Of a DNA stretch of 39,430 nucleotides, positions 35,943-39,430 are shown piece after piece. Position 1 is the stretch's first letter; each line of letters begins with the position of its first letter. The notes under the pieces were generated by a model. That model made no database searches. It had not been told where the DNA came from and saw nothing but the letters and a program-made list of their open reading frames with translations. Origin of the DNA: a virus (lineage: Duplodnaviria; Caudoviricetes); IMG/VR virus record IMGVR_UViG_3300020045_002532, positions 1-39,430 of that record; one strand, written 5' to 3'. A program made the position numbers and the translations under genes.

Positions 35943-36634
35943 GCCGTTCTCTGTTTTACCGGGCCGTTCGACCCATGTTCGGCGGTGCGCTGTCGCAGGC
36001 GCAGGTGGCCGGCATCGAGGCGCTTCTGTCCGCGACAGAGGGCCAGCCGATCACGTTCCGCGCCTACCTGCTTGCAACTGCGAAGCATGAGACTGCCGAT
36101 ACCATGCAGCCCATCACCGAATACGGGGGGCGGCGCTACTTTGACAAGTACGACACGGGCAAGCTGGCGAAAGCCTTGGGCAACACGCCGGAGGCAGACG
36201 GAGACGGCTTCACCTATCGGGGCCGGGGCTATGTGCAACTGACCGGGCGCGCGAATTACGCTAAGGCGGGCGAGTGGCTAAAGCTGGATCTGCTACACCA
36301 GCCTGACCTTGCATTGCAGCCTACTGTGGCGGCAATGATCCTTGTGCGCGGGTGCGGCAATGGCTGGTTCACGGGCAAGAAGCTGTCCGACTATCTGCCG
36401 GGGGATTACATCGGCGCGCGGCGCGTTGTGAACGGCACCGACAAGGCGGCGTTGATCGCAGGCTATGCGCGCGAGTTCGAGGCAGCTTTGCGGCTGTTGC
36501 CGGATGCGGATCAAGTTACAATTCCTCCGAAAATCGAACATGTTGCGCCCAACGTGTTAACCCCGGCGCAAACTGTCACCAAACCCTCATTCCTCACATG
36601 GCTGTTGAGCCTATTCAAAGGACCGAAAGCATGA
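35939..36634 (+). CDS. Endolysin, glycoside hydrolase family 19 (chitinase-like)
   Basis: AYLLATAKHET, PITEYG, GDGFTYRGRGYVQLTGRANY, ARRVVNGTD. Confidence 0.92.
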   Translation: MSRSLFYRAVRPMFGGALSQAQVAGIEALLSATEGQPITFRAYLLATAKHETADTMQPITEYGGRRYFDKYDTGKLAKALGNTPEADGDGFTYRGRGYVQLTGRANYAKAGEWLKLDLLHQPDLALQPTVAAMILVRGCGNGWFTGKKLSDYLPGDYIGARRVVNGTDKAALIAGYAREFEAALRLLPDADQVTIPPKIEHVAPNVLTPAQTVTKPSFLTWLLSLFKGPKA

Positions 36635-36834
36635 GACTCGTCGAAAACGCCCGTCAAGCGTGGCGCTGGTTTAGCGTGCAAGCATTCGTCTTGGCCGGGG
36701 CAATCCAAACCACATGGATGAGCCTGCATGCTGATTTGCAGCGCACTGTCCCGCCTGATTGGGTGATGGCCGCAACGGTAGCGCTTTGCGTTCTTGGCGT
36801 TATGGGGCGGCTGGTGAAGCAGGCTGGCAAATGA
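36631..36834 (+). CDS. Putative holin (2 TM)
   Basis: MRLVENARQAWRWFSVQ...LGVMGRLVKQ; follows the endolysin. Confidence 0.75.
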   Translation: MRLVENARQAWRWFSVQAFVLAGAIQTTWMSLHADLQRTVPPDWVMAATVALCVLGVMGRLVKQAGK

Positions 36835-37085
36835 GCAACATCGTCGCATTCAAAGATACTGTTCTGGCTGGCGATCCGTGCCCCGAGATTGTCGAAACGC
36901 TAGAACGACTGCTGGCCGAAGCAAAATCGGGGGATCTGCGCGGGATTGCATATGCCGCTTGCAAAATTGGCGATGTGACAGCTACCGGATGGGATGGAGC
37001 CGATGGTGCACGCCATCCTCTATCTACTGCTATCGCCGTTCTGAATAGCCGATATTCGCGGGAACTGTACGAGGCATCAGAATGA
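36831..37085 (+). CDS. Hypothetical soluble protein within the lysis cassette
   Basis: MSNIVAF...IVETLERLLAEAKSGDLRGIAYA; ATGA overlaps. Confidence 0.7.
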   Translation: MSNIVAFKDTVLAGDPCPEIVETLERLLAEAKSGDLRGIAYAACKIGDVTATGWDGADGARHPLSTAIAVLNSRYSRELYEASE

Positions 37086-37315
37086 CCGCGTGGATTATCT
37101 CGCAGGCTTGGCCCTACATGATCGGCCTCGTGGCGCTGGTGGGTTTCTACTTGCGCGGGAAAGCTGCGGCTCGCGATGAAGAACGGGATGAGGCGATGAA
37201 GCGGATGATCCGCCGCACCAACAAACGACAGGAGATTGAAGATGCGATTGAGCAAGATGTTGATCTTGTGCGCCGTGCCCATGATAGCGGCGTCGTGCGC
37301 CATACCGAACACTGA
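37082..37315 (+). CDS. Inner-membrane spanin (Rz-like)
   Basis: N-terminal TM followed by a charged coiled coil. Confidence 0.72.
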   Translation: MTAWIISQAWPYMIGLVALVGFYLRGKAAARDEERDEAMKRMIRRTNKRQEIEDAIEQDVDLVRRAHDSGVVRHTEH

Positions 37316-37448
37316 TGCGTGCGTGGGCTGGCGTCCAGTTCGCGCATCGGCTGAGACAGTGGACTACTTGGCAGCGCACGACACGGCGGCGATCAAGGCG
37401 ATGATCGGCCATGCAGAGTTTGGGCAGTCGCAGGGGTGCTGGAAATAA
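37236..37448 (+). CDS. Outer-membrane spanin lipoprotein (Rz1-like, overlapped)
   Basis: +1 frame overlap with the i-spanin; signal peptide and lipobox IAASC. Confidence 0.72.
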   Translation: MKMRLSKMLILCAVPMIAASCAIPNTDACVGWRPVRASAETVDYLAAHDTAAIKAMIGHAEFGQSQGCWK

Positions 37449-37452
37449 GGTA

Positions 37453-37481
37453 TTCACAGGCGCGCGGTGCGGTGGTATTGT
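37453..37481 (+). promoter_or_regulatory. Promoter for RNA 1
   Basis: TTCACA-N17-TATTGT with a TG extended -10 and GC-rich discriminator. Confidence 0.65.
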
Positions 37482-37489
37482 TGGCGGGC

Positions 37490-37588
37490 GCGCGATTGGC
37501 AGAGTTGGCCCATTGCAGCCACCGTTAAAAGTGGCCATGCGGGCGATTGCCATCAACCGCATCGCAGGTTCGAATCCTGCATCATGCG
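37490..37588 (+). tRNA. Atypical type II tRNA (Ser/Leu-like body, 8-nt anticodon loop CGTTAAAA)
   Basis: GCGCGAT-TG-GCAG-AGTTGGCCCA-TTGC-A-GCCAC-CGTTAAAA-GTGGC-C-ATGCGG(14 nt)CCGCAT-C-GCAGG-TTCGAAT-CCTGC-ATCATGC-G; one acceptor mismatch; no encoded CCA. Confidence 0.8.
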
Positions 37589-37593
37589 CAAAC

Positions 37594-37622
37594 AAGCCGC
37601 TCCTTCACCGGGGCGGCTTTTC
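37594..37622 (+). terminator. Rho-independent terminator after the tRNA
   Basis: AAGCCGCTCC-TTCACC-GGGGCGGCTT-TT. Confidence 0.75.
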
Positions 37623-37632
37623 TCATTGGGTA

Positions 37633-37661
37633 TTCCCACGCGCGCCGATATGGGATATTGT
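37633..37661 (+). promoter_or_regulatory. Promoter for RNA 2 (near-duplicate of 37453-37481)
   Basis: TTCCCA-N17-TATTGT; shares GGTATTC.CA.GCGCGC.G with the first promoter. Confidence 0.65.
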
Positions 37662-37667
37662 GGCACA

Positions 37668-37727
37668 GCCGAGGTCGTGGGTTCAAATCCTACCCCTTAG
37701 GGGTGGCGCAGGCTGGTAGCGCAAGGC
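37668..37727 (+). ncRNA. Circularly permuted tRNA mimic (YrlA Y-RNA-like module)
   Basis: GCC-G-AGGTC-GTGGG-TTCAAAT-CCTAC-CCC-TTAG-GGG-TG-GCGC-AGGCTGGTA-GCGC-AA-GGC: T arm, acceptor stem closed by a loop, then D arm. Confidence 0.75.
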
Positions 37728-37734
37728 AAACCCG

Positions 37735-37946
37735 GCGCGGCGGGCAATCCGCGCAAACCGCTTTCTGGTGGTCTGTGTTTTGCCTATGGCACGGGACTTG
37801 GCTTTATGCCATATCGCACAGGCCACCAGAGCGCGGAGGCAAAGCACTGCGGGGCGCTGATGCATACAGCCCCGCGACCGTGTGCCTGCGTCAACGGCAC
37901 CGTGCCGCGCTCTACCCCGCCCTCGCTGTAACAGGCGGGGGCGTTT
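37735..37946 (+). ncRNA. Multi-hairpin structured region ending in a GC hairpin
   Basis: Stems 37735-40/37749-54, 37764-78/37816-30, 37828-36/37905-13, 37849-55/37869-75, 37882-86/37896-900, 37915-21/37934-40. Confidence 0.5.
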
Positions 37947-37985
37947 GCGTTTCAGGTCGGATTGGCGAAAGGCGGCTTTGGTCAT
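37947..37985 (-). pseudogene. Possible truncated 5' remnant of a gene (MTKAAFRQSDLKR)
   Basis: ATGA-coupled start at the end of the leftward operon; after 13 codons the frame runs into the hairpin cluster and looks non-coding. Confidence 0.4.
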
Positions 37986-38242
37986 CTCTGACCCCACTTC
38001 CAAGATTTATATGTTCTGCCGATAGACCACACGCCTCCCCAGCTTCTCCCGATTGTGTAGCCGGGTTGCGTGTCAAAGTGCTTCCATGGCAGCTTTATCC
38101 AAATCACGATAAGGACAAGCTGCAGCGTCAGCAGTGGCCTATAGTCCTTGCTCAACTTGGCAAGCATCAAGCATGGGGTATTATAAGACGCCCCGATAAA
38201 GCGAGATGGATTTGATCCGACTTCAATCGTCTTGCGCGTCAT
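37982..38242 (-). CDS. Hypothetical protein
   Basis: MTRKTIEVG start with AGGAG RBS and ATGA overlap. Confidence 0.6.
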   Translation of the reverse strand: MTRKTIEVGSNPSRFIGASYNTPCLMLAKLSKDYRPLLTLQLVLIVIWIKLPWKHFDTQPGYTIGRSWGGVWSIGRTYKSWKWGQR

Positions 38243-38496
38243 GGCGTCTCCTGCGGTGTTGGGGGCGGGGCGGGCTTGTGGTACACCCGGCATAGTTCTA
38301 GGTAGGTATGGGTTAGCCACCCAAGCTTCACATGGTGCAGGGCGTCCCCCATAATCAATTCCCATCCACCATGGACAACGCGGACCAATCGTAGATCTCC
38401 GATGCTGGCAAAACGCGGTGAAAATGTAGGGTTGTCATGGAATTTCAGATGCCCCGCCCAAATTGCGGCGATCAATGCGCGGTCAAGTCGGCCCAT
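38239..38496 (-). CDS. Hypothetical protein
   Basis: MGRLDRALIAAIW start with GGAGG RBS. Confidence 0.6.
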   Translation of the reverse strand: MGRLDRALIAAIWAGHLKFHDNPTFSPRFASIGDLRLVRVVHGGWELIMGDALHHVKLGWLTHTYLELCRVYHKPAPPPTPQETP

Positions 38497-38542
38497 CACC
38501 GCCCCTCCGTGTCTGGGGTGGCGAGAAGAGCGCGGAGGGTGA

Positions 38543-38779
38543 TCACTCGCATGTCGAAAATACCTCCACGATTTTTGCAGCACAGGCCGGACAGGGGTGA
38601 ATTCGGTCTAACGGCGCGGATAGAAACGCATGGCCGATATCTGCATAAACCCAATCCATTGATGTGATGATAGCCCCGCATATTGCCTTGTTAGGGTGAT
38701 CGGCTTCATGCGGATGGCGGATATGGTGCTGGTACTCCTCCAAGTCGGCACGCCGCGCGGCGGTGTCAGGGTGCGTCAT
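38543..38779 (-). CDS. Small Cys/His-rich protein
   Basis: MTHPD start at an ATGA overlap; H...AICG...CPAC suggests zinc binding. Confidence 0.65.
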   Translation of the reverse strand: MTHPDTAARRADLEEYQHHIRHPHEADHPNKAICGAIITSMDWVYADIGHAFLSAPLDRIHPCPACAAKIVEVFSTCE

Positions 38780-39069
38780 GGGGTGGCCTCTGCGGTTAGG
38801 TCGCGCTTGGCGATGAAATTGGCAGTATCGTAGGGCGTTCCGTGGTAGCGTTTCTTGCGCCAAATCCATTTGCCCGTGCTGGGCCAGTAATCCAGCCTGT
38901 CACCGCACAGATCGCGGCTCCAATGGTAAGGCGTGTGCCGTGTCCATCCTGGCATTGGCGGGCCTTGCCATGCGTCAAAGAAGATGGCCTGCGCTGCGCC
39001 GTGTCGTGCCTCTTTGGCCTGCTTCTTGAATGCGTCCCACTCGCGGAACAATTCGCCCATGTCACTCAT
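38776..39069 (-). CDS. Hypothetical protein
   Basis: MSDMGELFREW...RLDYWPSTGKW recurrent phage motif. Confidence 0.75.
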   Translation of the reverse strand: MSDMGELFREWDAFKKQAKEARHGAAQAIFFDAWQGPPMPGWTRHTPYHWSRDLCGDRLDYWPSTGKWIWRKKRYHGTPYDTANFIAKRDLTAEATP

Positions 39070-39430
39070 CCAGCCACCCCGCGCGATCTGATGGCGGCGG
39101 CGATGGTGCCGTGGTGCATGTCGTTGATAGCCTGCTTGCTCGGCTCCATTGTGCGCTCGTTGCCAACCGTATAGGCGTGCGTCTCGACAAATACGGCTAT
39201 GGCCTCCCGTTCCGCCTCCACCGCCTTCGCCACGTCGGCTTGCACGGCTGCGGTGTGGGCGGCGAGGGTGATCAGTTGGCCGGATGCAGATAGCGCGCGA
39301 AGCTTCAATACCTCAGCACCCCACGACAGCAATTCTGAGCGGCCAATGAAATCGCCATTGTCGCGCGCAACCGTCAACAGTCTGCCAATCAATCTGCGCG
39401 CTTCAGCCAGTTCAGCCAGCCGCGCGCTCA
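39066..39430 (-). CDS. C-terminal part of the junction-spanning hypothetical protein
   Basis: Frame is open to the window end and continues from ATG 179. Confidence 0.8.
   Translation of the reverse strand, partial: SARLAELAEARRLIGRLLTVARDNGDFIGRSELLSWGAEVLKLRALSASGQLITLAAHTAAVQADVAKAVEAEREAIAVFVETHAYTVGNERTMEPSKQAINDMHHGTIAAAIRSRGVAG
39310..39430. repeat. Terminal direct repeat (copy of 1-121)
   Basis: 121-bp identity with the window start. Confidence 0.97.

Noticed and set aside
37676-37700. attP core made from a tRNA 3' end
   Set aside because: The T arm is followed by a paired 5'-half/D arm and preceded by its own promoter, and no integrase is present; a historical att origin cannot be fully excluded
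37668-37946. Two-piece (permuted) alphaproteobacterial tmRNA
   Set aside because: The acceptor stem is only 3 bp with no CCA or G3-U70, a true D stem is present, and I see no tag frame ending in AA-stop
37547-38215. 222-aa plus-strand ORF across the RNA cluster
   Set aside because: It crosses the tRNA, a terminator and antisense genes, has no RBS and has non-protein-like composition
1-39430. CRISPR array, DGR/retron reverse transcriptase or alternative genetic code
   Set aside because: No regularly spaced repeats or RT motifs seen, and core genes translate full-length with TAA, TAG and TGA all used as stops

Overview
This is the complete, circularly assembled genome (39,309 bp unique; bases 1-121 repeat as 39310-39430, and one ORF reads through the junction) of a GC-rich P22-like podovirus. 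The host is probably an alphaproteobacterium, inferred from gene style and not proven. Layout: (i) a leftward operon of small overlapping hypothetical genes, including a Lar-like protein, wrapping the junction (4071 down to 1, then 39430 down to about 37950); (ii) divergent promoters with twin operator-like boxes and a Cro-like HTH, with no recognisable CI or integrase; (iii) a replication/recombination block (SF2 helicase, N4/N6 methyltransferase, DUF3310, RuvC-like resolvase, SSB-like protein, RepB-primase/AAA_25 helicase, ori-like palindromes); (iv) terminase, portal, scaffold, coat, a free-standing GIY-YIG endonuclease, gp4/gp10-like stabilisers, three ejection proteins, a virion lysozyme and three tail/receptor-binding proteins; (v) an expanded lysis cassette; and (vi) an approximately 500-bp non-coding RNA cluster where xis/int might be expected. 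The most striking element is that cluster. Two near-duplicate promoters drive an aberrant type II tRNA and a circularly permuted tRNA mimic (T arm, looped acceptor stem, D arm; YrlA Y-RNA-like) in a genome with no Ro60/Rsr gene. Other notable items are a promoter-in-hairpin translational switch on the endonuclease, an antisense leaderless membrane gene between ejection genes, and a small-protein plus 5-TM pair ahead of lysis. Protein calls come from motif recognition and synteny only; no database search was run.
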